Assembly (NCBI GenBank): GCA_036172245.1
Contig: JAYWIR010000174.1
Location: 1-43,987 of the forward strand
DNA length: 43,987 nucleotides
Source of the DNA: Raillietiella orientalis
Lineage: Eukaryota
Direction: 5' to 3'
The first letter of the stretch is position 1. Each line of letters starts with the position of its first letter. A model generated the notes under the pieces. The model did not search any database, was not told the origin of the DNA, and worked only from the letters and a program-made list of their open reading frames with translations. The position numbers were made by a program, and so were the translations under genes. This document shows, one piece after another, positions 13,201 through 28,020 of this stretch.

Positions 13201-14549
13201 AAATGCATCAAATGAATTCCTCTATCTTTTCTATTTCCAATGTGGTGTTTTCCGTCCAAATCTTCGCACTTGCACCAACACGACCATGGCCGGTTCCGGA
13301 TGAATTCGGTCGCAAGCCTGAAACATGAAAATGGTTGGAAGCTGTCTACTTCCACTTCCAGCATAGAAATAGAATCTTCAAAATGCATCAAAGAAATTCC
13401 TCTATCTTTTCTATTTCCAATGTGATGTTTTCCGTCCAAATCTCCGCACTTGCACCAAAACGACCATGGCCGGTTCCCGAAGAATTCGGTCGAAATCCTG
13501 AGACCTCAAAATGGTTGGAAGCTGTCTACTTCCACTTCCAGCATAGAAATAGAATCTTCAAAATGCATTAAAGAAATTCCTCTATCTTTTCTATTTCCAA
13601 TGTGGTGTTTTCCGTCCAAATCTCCGCACTTGCACCAAATCGACCATGGCCGGTTCCCGATGAATTCGGTCGCAATCCTGAGACATCAAAATGGTTGGAA
13701 GCTGTCTACTTCCACTTCCAGCATAGAAATAGAATCTTCAAAATGCATCAAAGAAATTCCTCTATCTTTTCTATTTCCAATGTGGTGTTTTCCGTCCAAA
13801 TCTCCGCACTTGCACCAAAACGACCATGGCCGGTTCCCGAAGAATTCGGTCGAAATCCTGAGACCTCAAAATGGTTGGAAGCTGTCTACTTCCACTTCCA
13901 GCATAGAAATAGAATCTTCAAAATGCATTAAAGAAATTCCTCTATCTTTTCTATTTCCAATGTGGTGTTTTCCGTCCAAATCTCCGCACTTGCACCAAAA
14001 CGACCATGGCCGGTTCCCGATGAATTCGGTCGCAATCCTGAGACATCAAAATGGTTGGAAGCTGTCTACTTCCACTTCCAGCATAGAAATAGAATCTTCA
14101 AAATGCATCAAAGAAATTCCTCTATCTTTTCTATTTCCAATGTGGTATTTTCCGTCCAAATCTCCGCACTTGCACCAAAACGACCATGGCCGGTTCCCGA
14201 AGAATTCGGTCGAAATCTTGAGACCTCAAAATGGTTGGAAGCTGTCTACTTCCACTTCCAGCATAGAAATAGAATCTTCAAAATGCATCAAAGAAATTCC
14301 TCTATCTTTTCTATTTCCAATGTGGTGTTTTCCGTCCAAATCTCCGCACTTGCACCAAAACGACCATGGCCGGTTCCCGATGAATTCGGAAGCAATCCTG
14401 AGACATCAAAATGGTTGGAAGCAATCTACTTCGTCTTCCAGCATAGAAATAGAATCTTCAAAATGCATCACAAAAATTCCTCTATGTTTTCTATTTCCAA
14501 TGTGGTGTTTTCCTTCCAAATCTCCGCACTTGCACCAAAACGACCATGG

Positions 14550-17500
14550 CCGGTTCCGGATGAATTCGGTCGCATGCCTGAGACATGAAAATGGTTGGAA
14601 GCTGTCTACTTCCACTTCCAGCATAGAAATAGAATATTCAAAATGCATCAAAGAAATTCCTCTATCTTTTCTATTTCCAATGTGATGTTTTCCGTCCAAA
14701 TCTCCGCACTTGCACCAAAACGACCATGGCCGGTTCCCGAAGAATTCGGTCGAAATCCTGAGACCTCAAAATGGTTGGAAGCTGTCTACTTCCACTTCCA
14801 GCATAGAAATAGAATCTTCAAAATGCATCAAAGAAATTCCTCTATCTTTTCTATTTCCAATGTGGTGTTTTCCGTCCAAACCTCCGCACTTGCACCAAAT
14901 CGACCATGGCCGGTTCCCGATGCATTCGGAAGCAATCCTGAGACATCAAAATGGTTGGAATCAATCTACTTCGTCTTCCAGCATAGAAATAGAATCGTCA
15001 AAATGCATCACAAAAATTCCTCTATCTTTTCTATTTCCAATGTGGTGTTTTCCGTCCAAATCTCCGCACTTGTACCTAAACGACCATGGCCGGTTCCCGA
15101 TTAATTCGGTCGCAATCCTTAGACATCAAAATGGTTGGAAGCAATCTACTTCCACTTCCTGCATCCAAATAGAATCTTTAAAGTGCTTCCGAAAAATTCC
15201 TTTATTTGTTCTATTTCCAATGTGGTGTTTTCCGTCCAAATCTCCGCACTAGCACCAAAACGACCATGGTCGGTTCCCGATGAATTCGGTCGCAATCCTG
15301 AGACATCAAAATGGTTGGAAGCAATCTACTTCCACTTCCAGCATAGAGATGGGATCTTCAAAGTGCATCAAAAAAATTCCTCTATCTTTTCTATTTCCAA
15401 TGTGGTGTTTTCCGTCCAAATCTGCGCACTTGCACGTAAACGACCATGGCCGCTTCCCGATGAATTCGGTCGCAATCCTGAGAACTGAAAATGGTTGGAA
15501 TCAATCTACTTCCACTTCCAGCATAGAAATAGAATCTACAAAGTGCATTAAAAGAATTCCTTCATCTTTTCTATTTCCAATGTGGTGTTTTCCGTCCAAA
15601 TCTCCGCACTTGAACGTAAACGACCATGGCCGCTTCCCGATGAATTCGGTCGCAATCCTGAGATATCAAAATGGTTGGAATCAATCTACTTTGTCTTCCA
15701 GCACAAAAAAAGAATCATCAAAATGCATCACAAAAATTCTTTTATGTTTTCTATTTCCAATGTGGTGTTTTCCGTCCAAATCTTCGCACTTGCACCAACA
15801 CGACCATGACCGGTTCCGGATGAATTCGGTCGCAAGCCTGAGACATGAAAATGGTTGGAAGCTGTCCACTTCCACTTCCAGCATAGAAATAGAATTTTCA
15901 AAATGCATCATAAAAATTCCTCTATCTTTTCTATTTCCAATGTGATGTTTTCCGTCCAAATCTCCGCACTTGCACCAAAACGACCATGGCCGGTTCCCGA
16001 AGAATTCGGTCGAAATCCTGAGACCTCAAAATGGTTGGAAGCTGTCTACTTCCACTTTCAGCATAGAAATAGAATCTCCAAAATGCATCAAAGAAATTCC
16101 TCTATCTTTTCTATTTCCAATGTGGTGTTTTCCGTCCAAATCTCCGCACTTGCACCAAATAGACCATGGCCGGTTCCCGATGAATTCGGAAGCAATCCTG
16201 AGACATCAAAATGGTTGGAATCAATCTAATACGTCTTCCAGCATAGAAATAGAATCTTAAAAATGCATCACCAAAATTCCTCTATCTTTTCTATTTCCAA
16301 TGTGCTGTTTTCCGTCCAAATCTCCGCACTTGCACCAAAACGACCATGGCCGTTTCCCGATGAATTCGGTCGCAATCCTGAGACATCACAATGGTTGGAA
16401 GCAATCTTCTTCCACTTCCTGCATCCAAATAGAATCTTTAAAGTGCTTCCGTAAAATTATTTCATCTTCTCGATTTCCAATGTGGTGTTTTCCGTCGAAA
16501 TCTCCGCACTAGCACCAAAACGACCATGGTCGGTTCCCGATGAATTCGGTCGCAATCCTGAGACATCAAAATGGTTGGAATCAATCTACTTCGTCTTCCA
16601 GCATAGAAATAGAATCTTTAAAATCCTTCACAGAAATTCCTCTATGTTTTCTATTTCCAATGTGGTGTTTTCCGTCCAAATCTTCGCACTTGCACCAAAA
16701 CGACCATGGCCGGTTCCCGATGAATTCGGTCGCAATCCTGAGACATGAAAATGGTGGGAATCAATGTACTTCCACTTCCTGCATCCAAATAGAATCTTCA
16801 AAGTGCTTCCTAGGAATTCCTTTATCTTCTCTATTTCCAATGTGGTGTTTTCTGTCCAAATCTCCGCACTAGCAGCAAAACGACCATGGTCGGTTCCCGA
16901 TGAAATCGGTCGCTAACCTGCAACATCAAAATGGTTGGAATCAATCTACTTCGTCTTCCAGCATAGAAATAGAATCTTCAAAATGCATCACAAAAATTCC
17001 TCTATCTTTTCTATTTCCAATGTGGTGTTTTCCGTCCAAATCTCCGCACTTGCACCAAAACGACCATGGTCGGTTCCGGATGAATTCGGTCGCATGCCTG
17101 AGACATGAAAATGGTTGGAAGCTGTCTACTTCCACTTCCAGCATAGAAATAGAATATTCAAAATGCATCAAAGAAATTCCTCTATCTTTTCTATTTCCAA
17201 TGTGATGTTTTCCGTCCAAATCTCCGCACTTGCACCAAAACGACCATGGCCGGTTCCCGAAGAATTCGGTCGAAATCCTGAGATCTCAAAATGGTTGAAA
17301 GCTGTCTACTTCCACTTCCAGCATAGAAATAGAATCTCCAAAATGCATCAAAGAAATTCCTCTATCTTTTCTATTTCCAATGTGGTGTTTTCCGTCCAAA
17401 CCTCCGCACTTGCACCAAATCGACCATGGCCGGTTCCCGATGCATTCGGAAGCAATCCTGAGACATCAAAATGGTTGGAATCAATCTACTTCGTCTTCCA

Positions 17501-18300
17501 GCATAGAAATAGAATCTTCAAAATGCATCACAAAAATTCCTCTATCTTTTCTATTTCCAATGTGGTGTTTTCCGTCCAAATCTCCGCACTTGTACCTAAA
17601 CGACCATGGCCGGTTCCCGATTAATTCGGTCGCAATCCTTAGACATCAAAATGGTTGGAAGCAATCTACTTCCACTTCCTGCATCCAAATAGAATCTTCA
17701 AAGTGCTTCCGAAAAATTCCTTTATTTGTTCTATTTCCAATGTGGTGTTTTCCGTCCAAATCTCCGCACTAGCACCAAAACGACCATGGTCGGTTCCCGA
17801 TGAATTCGGTCGCAATCCTGAGACATCAAAATGGTTTGAAGCAATCTACTTCCACTTCCAGCATAGAGATGGGATCTTTAAAGTGCATCAAAAAAATTCC
17901 TCTATCTTTTCTATTTCCAATGTGGTGTTTTCCGTCCAAATCTGCGCACTTGCACGTAAACGACCATGGCCGCTTCCCGATGAATTCGGTCGCAATCCTG
18001 AGACCTGAAAATGGTTGGAATCAATCTACTTCCACTTCCAGCATAGAAATAGAATCTACAAAGTGCATTAAAAGAATTCCTTCATCTTTTCTATTTCCAA
18101 TGTGGTTTTTTCCGTTAAAATCTCCGCACTTGAACGTAAACGACCATGGCCGCTTCCCGATGAATTCGGTCGCAATCCTGAGATATCAAAATGGTTGGAA
18201 TCAATCTACTTTGTCTTCCAGCACAAAAAAAGAAACATCAAAATGCATCACAAAAATTCTTCTATGTTTTCTATTTCCAATGTGGTGTTTTCCGTCCAAA
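14550..18300. repeat. 7-monomer block duplication: ~14550-15780 vs ~17070-18300 (offset 2520 bp = 14 monomers)
   Basis: Shared ordered variants: agaatattca, cctccgc/tgcattcgga, tttatttgtt, gagatgggatc, tctgcgcact, aaagaattccttcatc, agatatc/ttgtcttcca. Confidence 0.92.
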
Positions 18301-21300
18301 TCTCCGCACTTGCACCAAAACGACCATGGCCGGTTCCCGAAGAATTCGGTCGAAATCCTGAGACCTCAAAATGGTTGGAAGCTGTCTACTTCCACTTCCA
18401 GCATAGAAATAGAATCTTCAGAATGCATTTAAGAAATTCCTCTATCTTTTCTATTTCCAATGTGGTGTTTTCCGTCCAAATATTCGCACTTGCACCAACA
18501 CGACCATGGCCGGTTCCGGATGAATTCGGTCGCAAGCCTGAAACATGAAAATGGTTGGAAGCTGTCTACTTCCACTTCCAGCATAGAAATAGAATCTTCA
18601 AAATGCATCAAAGAAATTCCTCTATCTTTTCTATTTCCAATGTGGTATTTTCCGTCCAAATCTCCGCACTTGCACCAAAACGACCATGGCCGGTTCCCGA
18701 AGAATTCGGTCGAAATCTTGAGACCTCAAAATGGTTGGAAGCTGTCTACTTCCACTTCCAGCATGGAAATAGAATCTTCAAAATGCATCAAAGAAAATCC
18801 TCTATCTTTTCTATTTCCAATGTGGTGTTTTCCGTCCAAATCTCCGCACTTGCACCAAAACGACCATGGCCGGTTCCCGATGAATTCGGAAGCAATCCTG
18901 AGACATGAAAATGGTTGGAAGCTGTCTACTTCCACTTCCAGCATAGAAATAGAATATACAAAATGCATCAAAGAAATTCCTCTATCTTTTCTATTTCCAA
19001 TGTGGTGTTTTCTGTCCAAATCTCCGCACTAGCAGCAAAACGACCATGGTCGGTTCCCGATGAAATCGGTCGCTAGCCTGCAACATCAAAATGGTTGGAA
19101 TCAATCTACTTCGTCTTCCAGCATAGAAATTGAATCTTCAAAATGCACCACAGAAATTTTTCTATGTGTTCTATTTCCAGTGTGGTGTTTTCCGTCCAAA
19201 TCTCCGCACTTGCACGAAAACGACCATGGCCGGTTCCCGATTAATTCGGTCGCAATCCTGAGACCTGAAAATGGTTGGAATCAATCTACTTCGTCTTCCA
19301 GCACAAAAAAAGAATCATTAAAATGCATCACAAAAATTCTTCTATGTTTTCTATTTCCAATGTGGTGTTTTCCGTCCAAATCTTCGCACTTGCACCAACA
19401 CGACCATGGCCGGTTCCGGATGAATTCGGTCGCAAGCCTGAGACATGAAAATGGTTGGAAGCTGTCCACTTCCACTTCCAGCATAGAAATAGAATTTTCA
19501 AAATGCATTAAAGAAATTCCTCTATCTTTTCTATTTCCAATGTGATGTTTTCCGTCCAAATCTCCGCACTTGCACCAAAACGACCATGGCCGGTTCCCGA
19601 AGAATTCGGTCGAAATCCTGAGACCTCAAAATGGTTGGAATCAATCTACTTCCACTTCCAGCATAGAAATAGAATCTTCAAAATGCATCAAAGAAATTCC
19701 TCTATCTTTTCTATTTCCAATGTGGTGTTTTCCGTCCAAATCTCCGCACTTGCACCTAAACGACCATGGCCGGTTCCCGATGAATTCGGTCGCAATCCTT
19801 AGACATCAAAATGGTTGGAAGCAATCTACTTCCACTTCCTGCATCCAAATACAATCTTCAAAGTGTATGCAAAAAATTCCTCTATCTTTTCTATTTCCAA
19901 TGTGGTGTTTTCCGTCCAAATCTCCGCACTTGCTCGTAAACGACCATGGCCGCTTCCCGATGAATTCGGTCGGAATCCTGAGACATCAAAATGGTTGGAA
20001 TCAATCTACTTCCTCTTCCAGCATAGAAATAGAATCTTTAGAGTGCTTACTAAAAATTCCTCTATCTTCTCTATTTCCAATGTGGTGTTTTCCTTCCAAA
20101 TCTCCACACTAGCACCAAAACGACCATGGTCGGTTCCCGATGAACTCGGTCGCAATCCTGAGACATCAAAATGGTTGGAATCAATCTACTTCGTCTTCCA
20201 GCATAGAAATAGAATCTTCAAAATGCATCACAGAAATTCCTCTATTTTTTCTATTTCCAATGTGGTGTTTTCCGTCCAAATCTTCGCACTTGCACCAAAA
20301 CGACCATGGCCGGTTCCCGATGAATTCGGTCGCAATCCTGAGACATGAAAATGGTTGGAATCAATGTACTTCCACTTCCTGCATCCAAATAGAATCTTCA
20401 AAGTGCTTCCTAGAAATTCCTCTATCTTCTCTATTTCCAATGTGGTGTTTTCTGTCCAAATCTCCGCACTAGCAGCAAAACGACCATGGTCGGTTCCCGA
20501 TGAAATCGGTCGCTAACCTGCAACATCAAAATGGTTGGAATCAATCTACTTCGTCTTCCAGCATAGAAATTGAATCTTCAAAATGCACCACAGAAATTCC
20601 TCTATGTGTTCTATTTCCAGTGTGGTGTTTTCCGTCCAAATCTCCGTACTAGCACCAAAACGACCATGGTCGGTTCCCGATGAATTCGGTCGCAATCCTG
20701 AGACATCAAAATGGTTGGAATCAATCTACTTGGTCTTCCAGCATAAAAAAAGAATCTTCAAAAGCCTTCACGAAAATTCCTCTATGTTTTCTATTTCCAA
20801 TGTGGTGTTTTCTGTCCAAATCTTCGCACTTGCACCAAAACGACCATGGCCGGTTCCCGATGAATTCGGTCGCAATCCTGAGACATGAAAATGGTTGGAA
20901 TCAATGTACTTCCACTTCCTGCATCCAAATAGAATCTTCAAAGTGCTTCCTAGAAATTCCTTTATCTTCTCTATTTCCAATGTGGTGTTTTCTGTCCAAA
21001 TCTCCGCACTAGCTGCAAAACGACCATGGCCGGTTCCCGATTAATTCGGTCGCAATCCTGAGACCTGAAAATGGTTGGAATCAATCTACTACGTCTTCCA
21101 GCACAAAAAAGGAATCATTAAAATGCATTACAAAAATTCTTCTATGTTTTCTATTTCCAATGTGGTGTTTTCCGTCCAAATCTTCGCACTTGCACCAACA
21201 CGACCATGGCCGGTTCCGGATGAATTCGGTCGCAAGCCTGAGACATGAAAATGGTTGGAAGCTGTCCACTTCCACTTCCAGCATAGAAATAGAATTTTCA

Positions 21301-24300
21301 AAATGCATCAAAGAAATTCCTCTATCTTTTCTATTTCCAATGTGATGTTTTCCGTCCAAATCTCCGCACTTGCACCAAAACGACCATGGCCGGTTCCCGA
21401 AGAATTCGGTCGAAATCCTGAGACCTCAAAATGGTTGGAAGCTGTCTACTTCCACTTTAAGCATAGAAATAGAATCTCCAAAATGCATCAAAGAAATTCC
21501 TCTATCTTTTCTATTTCCAATGTGGTGTTTTCCGTCCAAATCTCCGCACTTGCACCAAATCGACCATGGCCGGTTCCCGATGAATTCGGAAGCAATCCTG
21601 AGACATCAAAATGGTTGGAATCAATCTAATTCGTCTTCCAGCATAGAAATAGAATCTCAAAAATGCATCACCAAAATTCCTCTATCTTTTCTATTTCCAA
21701 TGTGGTGTTTTCCGTCCAAATTTCCGCACTTGCACCAAAACGAGCATGGCCGTTTCCCGATGAATTCGGTCGCAATCCTGAGACATCAAAATGGTTGGAA
21801 GCAATCTTCTTCCACTTCCTGCATCCAAATAGAATCTTCAAAGTGCTTCCGTAAAATTATTCTATCTTCTCTATTTCCAATGTGGTGTTTTCCGTCGAAA
21901 TCTCCGCACTAGCACCAAAACGACCATGGTCGGTTCCCGATGAATTCGGTCGCAATCCTGAGACATGAAAATGGTTGGAATCAATGTACTTCCACTTCCT
22001 GCATCCAAATAGAATCTTCAAAGTGCTTCCTAAAAATTCCTTTATCTGCTTTATTTCCAATGTGGTGTTTTCTGTCCAAATCTCCGCACTAGCAGCAAAA
22101 CGACCATGGTCGGTTCCCGATGAAATCGGTCGCTAACCTGCAACATCAAAATGGTTGGAATCAATCTACTTCGTCTTCCAGCATAGAAATTGAATCTTCA
22201 AAATGCACCACAGAAATTCCTCTATGTGTTCTATTTCCAGTGTGGTGTTTTCCGTCCAAATCTCCACACTAGCACCAAAACGACCATGGTCGGTTCCCGA
22301 TGAATTCGGTCGCAATCCTGAGACATCAAAATGGTTGGAATCAATCTACTTGGTCTTCCAGCATAGAAATAGAATCTTCAAAATCCTTCACAGAAATTCC
22401 TCTAATTTTTCTATTTCCAATGTGGTGTTTTCCGTCCAAATCTTCGCACTTGCACCAAAACGACCATGGCCGGTACCCGATGAATTCGGTCGCAATCCTG
22501 AGACATGAAAATGGTTGGAATCAATGTACTTCCACTTCCTGCATCCAAATAGAATCTTCAAAGTGCTTCCTAGAAATTCCTCTATCTTCTCTATTTTCAA
22601 TGTGGTGTTTTCTGTCCAAATCTCCGCACTAGCAGCAAAACGACCATGGTCGGTTCCCGATGAAATCGGTCGCTAACCTGCAACATCAAAATGGTTGGAA
22701 TCAATCTACTTCGTCTTCCAGCATAGAAATTGAATCTTCAAAATGCACCACAGAAATTCCTCTATGTTTTCTATTTCCAATGTGGTGTTTTCCGTCCAAA
22801 TCTTCGCACTTGCACCAACACGACCATGGCCGGTTCCCGAAGAATTCGGTCGAAATCCTGAGACCTCAAAATGGTTGGAAGCTGTCTACTTCCACTTCCA
22901 GCATAGAAACAGAATCTTCAAAATGCATCAAAGAAATTCCTCTATCTTTTCTATTTCCAATGTGGTATTTTCCGTCAAATCTCCGCACTTGCACCAAAAC
23001 GACCATGGCCGGTTCCCGAAGAATTCGGTCGAAATCCTGAGACCTCAAAATGGTTGGAAGCTGTCTACTTCCACTTCCAGCATAGAAATAGAATCTTCAA
23101 AATGCATCACAAAAATTCCTCTATGTTTTCTATTTCCAATGTGGTGTTTTCCTTCCAAATCTTCGCACTTGCACCAACACGACCATGGCCGGTTCCGGAT
23201 GAACTCGGTCGCAATCCTGAGACATCAAAATGGTTGGAATCAATCTATTTCCTCTTCCAACATAGAAATAGAATCTTCAAAATGCATCAAAGAAATTCCT
23301 CTATCTTTTCTATTTCCAATGTGGTGTTTTCCGTCCAAATCTCCGCACTTGCATGTAAACGACCATGGCCGCTTCCCGATGAATTCGGTCGCAATCCTGA
23401 GACATCAAAATGGTTGGAAGCAATCTACTTCGTCTTCCAGCATAGAAATATAATCTTCAAAATGCATCACAAAAATTCCTCTATGTTTTCTATTTCCAAT
23501 GTGGTGTTTTCCTTCCAAATCTTCGCACTTGCACCAACACGACCATGGCCGTTTCCGGATGAATTCGGTCGCAATCCTGAGACATCAAAATGGTTGGAAG
23601 CAATCTACTTCGTCTTCCAGCATAGAAATAGAATCTTCAAAATGCACCAAAGAAATTCCTCTATCTTTTCTATTTCCAATGTGGTGTTTTCCGTCCAAAT
23701 CTCCGCACTAGCACCAAAACGACCTTGGTCGGTTCCCGATGAATTCGGTCGCAATCCTGAGACATCAAAATGGTTGGAATCAATCCACTTCGTCTTCCAG
23801 CGCAGAAATAGAAACTTCAAAATGCATCACAAAAATTCCTCTATGTTTTCTATTTCCAATGTGGTGTTTTCCGTCCAAATCTTCGCACTTGCACCAAAAC
23901 GACCATGGCCGGTTCCCGATGAATTCGGTCGCAATCCTGAGACATCGAAATGGTTGGAATCAATCTACTTCGTCTTCCAGCATAGAAATAGAAACTTCAA
24001 AATGCATCAAAGAAATTCCTCTATGTTTTCTATTTCCAATGTGGTGTTTTGCGTCCAAATCTCCGCACTTGCATGTAAACGACCATAGCCGCTTCCCGAT
24101 GAATTCGGTCGCATAAATGAGACATCGAAATGGTTGGAATCAATATACTTCGTCTTCCAGCATACAAATAGAATCTTCAGAATGCATCACAAAAATTCCT
24201 CTATGTTTCCTATTTCCAATGTGGTGTTTTCCGTCCAAAAACTTCGCACTTGCACCAAAACGAACATGGCCGGTTCCCGATGAATTTGGTCGCAATCCTG

Positions 24301-24780
24301 AGACATCAAAATGGTTGGAATCAATCTACTTCCCCTTCCAGCATAGAAATAGAATCTTCAAAATGCATCAAATGAATTCCTCTATCTTTTTTATTTCCAA
24401 TGTGGTGTTTTCCGTCGAAATCTTCGCACTTGCACCAACACGACCATGGCCGGTTCCGGATGAATTCGGTCGCAAGCCTGAAACATGAAAATGGTTGGAA
24501 GCTGTCTACTTCCACTTCCAGCATAGAAATAGAATCTTCAAAATGCATCAAAGAAATTCCTCTATCTTTTCTATTTCCAATGTGATGTTTTCCGTCCAAA
24601 TCTCCGCACTTGCACCAAAACGACCATGGCCGCTTCCCGAAGAATTCGGTCGAAATCCTGAGACCTCAAAATGGTTGGAAGCTGTCTACTTCCACTTCCA
24701 GCATAGAAATAGAATCTTAAAAATGCATCAAAGAAATTCCTCTATCTTTTCTATTTCCAATGTGGTGTTTTCCGTCCAAA

Positions 24781-26170
24781 TCTCCGCACTTGCATGTAAA
24801 GGACCATGGCCGCTTCCCGATGAATTCGGTCGCAATCCTAAGACATCAAAATGGTTGGAATCAATCCACTTCGACTTCCAGCACAGAAATAGTATCTTCA
24901 AAATGCATCACAAAAATTCCTCTATCTTTTCTATTTCCAATGTGGTGTTTTCCGTCCAAATCTCCGCACTTGTACCTAAACGACCATGGCCGGTTCCCGA
25001 TTAATTCGGTCGCAATCCTTAGACATCAAAATGCTTGAAAGCAATCTACTTCCACTTCCTGCATCCAAATAGAATCTTCAAAGTGCTTCCGAAAAATTCC
25101 TTTATCTGTTCTATTTCCAATGTGGTGTTTTCCGTCCAAATCTCCGCACTAGCACGAAAACGAACATGGTCCGTTCCCGATGAATTCGGTCGCAATCCTG
25201 AGACATCAAAATGGTTGGAATCAATCTATTTCCTCTTCCAGCATAGAAATAGAATCTTCAAAATGCTTCAAATGAATTCCACTATCTTTTCTATTTCCAA
25301 TGTGATGTTTTCCGTCCAAATCTCCGCAGTTGCACCAAAACGAACATCGCCGGTTCCCGATGAATTCGGTCGCAAGCCTGACACATGAAAATGGTTGGAA
25401 GCTGTCTACTTCCACTTCCAGCATAGAAGAAGAATCTTCAAAATGCATCGAAGAAATTCCTCTATCTTTTCTATTTCCAATGTGATGTTTTCCGTCCAAA
25501 TCTCCGCAGTTGCACCAAAACGACCATGGCCGGTTCCCGAAGAATTCGGTCGAAATCCTGAGACCTCAAAATGGTTGAAAGCTGTCTACTTCCACTTCCA
25601 GCATAAAAATAGAATCTTCAAAGTGCATCAAACAAATTCCTCTATCTTTTTTATTTCCAATGTGGTGTTTTCCTTCCAAATCTCCGCACTTGCATGTAAA
25701 CGACCATGGCCGCTTCCCGATGAATTCGGTCGCAATCCTAAGACATCAAAATGGTTGGAATCAATCCACTTCGACTTCCAGCACAGAAATAGTATCTTCA
25801 AAATGCATCACAAAAATTCCTCTATCTTTTCTATTTCCAATGTGGTGTTTTCCGTCCAAATCTCCGCACTTGTACCTAAACGACCATGGCCGGTTCCCGA
25901 TTAATTCGGTCGCAATCCTTAGACATCAAAATGCTTGAAAGCAATCTACTTCCACTTCCTGCATCCAAATAGAATCTTCAAAGTGCTTCCGAAAAATTCC
26001 TTTATCTGTTCTATTTCCAATGTGGTGTTTTCCGTCCAAATCTCCGCACTAGCACGAAAACGACCATGGTCCGTTCCCGATGAATTCGGTCGCAATCCTG
26101 AGACATCAAAATGGTTGGAATCAATCTATTTCCTCTTCCAGCATAGAAATAGAATCTTCAAAATGCTTCA
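24781..26170. repeat. 3-monomer block duplicated at 900-bp (5-monomer) offset: ~24781-25270 vs ~25681-26170
   Basis: Private variants cgcaatccta, agtatcttca, atgcttgaaa, ggtccgttccc and aaatgcttcaaatga occur in both copies. Confidence 0.92.
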
Positions 26171-28020
26171 AATGAATTCCTCTATCTTTTCTATTTCCAA
26201 TGTGGTGTTTTCCGTCCAAATCTGCGCACTTGCACGTAAACGACCATGGCCGGTTCCCGATGAATTCGGAAGCAATCCTGAGACATCAAAATGGTTGGAA
26301 TCAATCTAATTCGTCTTTCAGCATAGAAATAGAATCTTTAAAATGCATTACCAAAATTCCTCTATCTTTTCTATTTCCAATGTGGTGTTTTCCGTCCAAA
26401 TCTCCGCACTTGCACCAAAACGACCATGCCCGTTTCCCGATGAATTCGGTCGCAATCCTGAGACATCAAAATGGTTGGAAGCAATCTTCTTCCACTTCCT
26501 GCATCCAAATAGAATCTTCAAAGTGCTTCCGTAAAATTCCTCCATCTTCTCTATTTCCAATGTGGTGTTTTCCGTCGAAATCTCCGCACTAGCACCAAAA
26601 CGACCATGGTCGGTTCCCGATGAATTCGGTCGCAATCCTGATACATCTAAATGGTTGGAATCAATCTACTTGGTCTTCCAGCATAGAAATAGAATCTTCA
26701 AAATCCTTCACAGAAATTAATCTATGTTTTCTATTTCCAATGTGGTGTTTTCCGTCCAAATCTTCGCACTTGCACCAAAACGACCATGGCCGGTTCCCGA
26801 TGAATTCGGTCGCAATCCTGATACATGAAAATGGTTGGAATCAATGTACTTCCACTTCCTGCATCCAAATAGAATCTTCAAAGTGCTTCCTAGAAATTCC
26901 TTTATCTTCTCTATTTCCAATGTGGTGTTTTCTGTCCAAATCTCCGCACTAGCAGCAAAACGACCATGGTCGGTTCCCGATGAAATCGATCGCTAACCTG
27001 CAACATCAAAATGGTTGGAATCAATCTACTTCGTCTTCCAGCATAGAAATTGAATCTTTAAAATGCACCACAGAAATTCCTCTATTCTTTCTATTTCCAG
27101 TGTGGTGTTTTCCGTCCAAATCTCCGCACTTGCACGAAAACGACCATGGCCGGTTCCCGATTAATTCGGTCGCAATCCTGAGACATGAAAATGGTTGGAA
27201 TCAATGTACTTCCACTTCCTGCATCCAAATAGAATTTTTAAAGTGCTTCCTAGAAATTCCTTTATCTTCTCTATTTCCAATGTGGTGTTTTCTGTCCAAA
27301 TCTCCGCACTAGCAGCAAAACGACCATGGTCGGTTCCCGATGAAATCGGTCGCTAACCTGCAACATCAAAATGGTTGGAATCAATCTACTTCGTCTTCCA
27401 GCATAGAAATTGAATCTTCAAAATGCACCACAGAAATTCCTCTATGTGTTCTATTTCCAATGTGGTGTTTTCCACCGAAATCTCCACACTTGCACCAAAT
27501 CGAGCATGGCCGGTTCCCGATGAATTCGGAAGCAATCCTGAGACATCAAAATGGTTGGAATCAATCTAAATCGTCTTTCAGCATAGAAATAGAATCTTAA
27601 AAATGCATCACCAAAATTCCTCTATCTTTTCTATTTCCAATGTGGTGTTTTCCGTCCAAATCTCCGCACTTGCACCAAAACGACCATGGCCGTTTCCCGA
27701 TGAATTCGGTCGCAATCCTGAGACATCAAAATGGTTGGAAGCAATCTTCTTCCACTTCCTGCATCCAAATAGAATCTTCAAAGTGCTAACGAAAAATTCC
27801 TTTATCTCTTCTATTTCCAATGTGGTGTTTTCCGTCCAAATCTCCGCACTAGCACCAAAACGACCATGGTCGGTTCCCGATGAATTCGGTCGCAATCCTG
27901 AGACATCAAAATGGTTGGAATCAATCTATTTCCTCTTCCAGCATAGAAATAGAATCTTAAAAATGCATCAAATGAATTCCTCTATCTTTTCTATTTCCAA
28001 TGTGGTGTGTTCCGTCCAAA

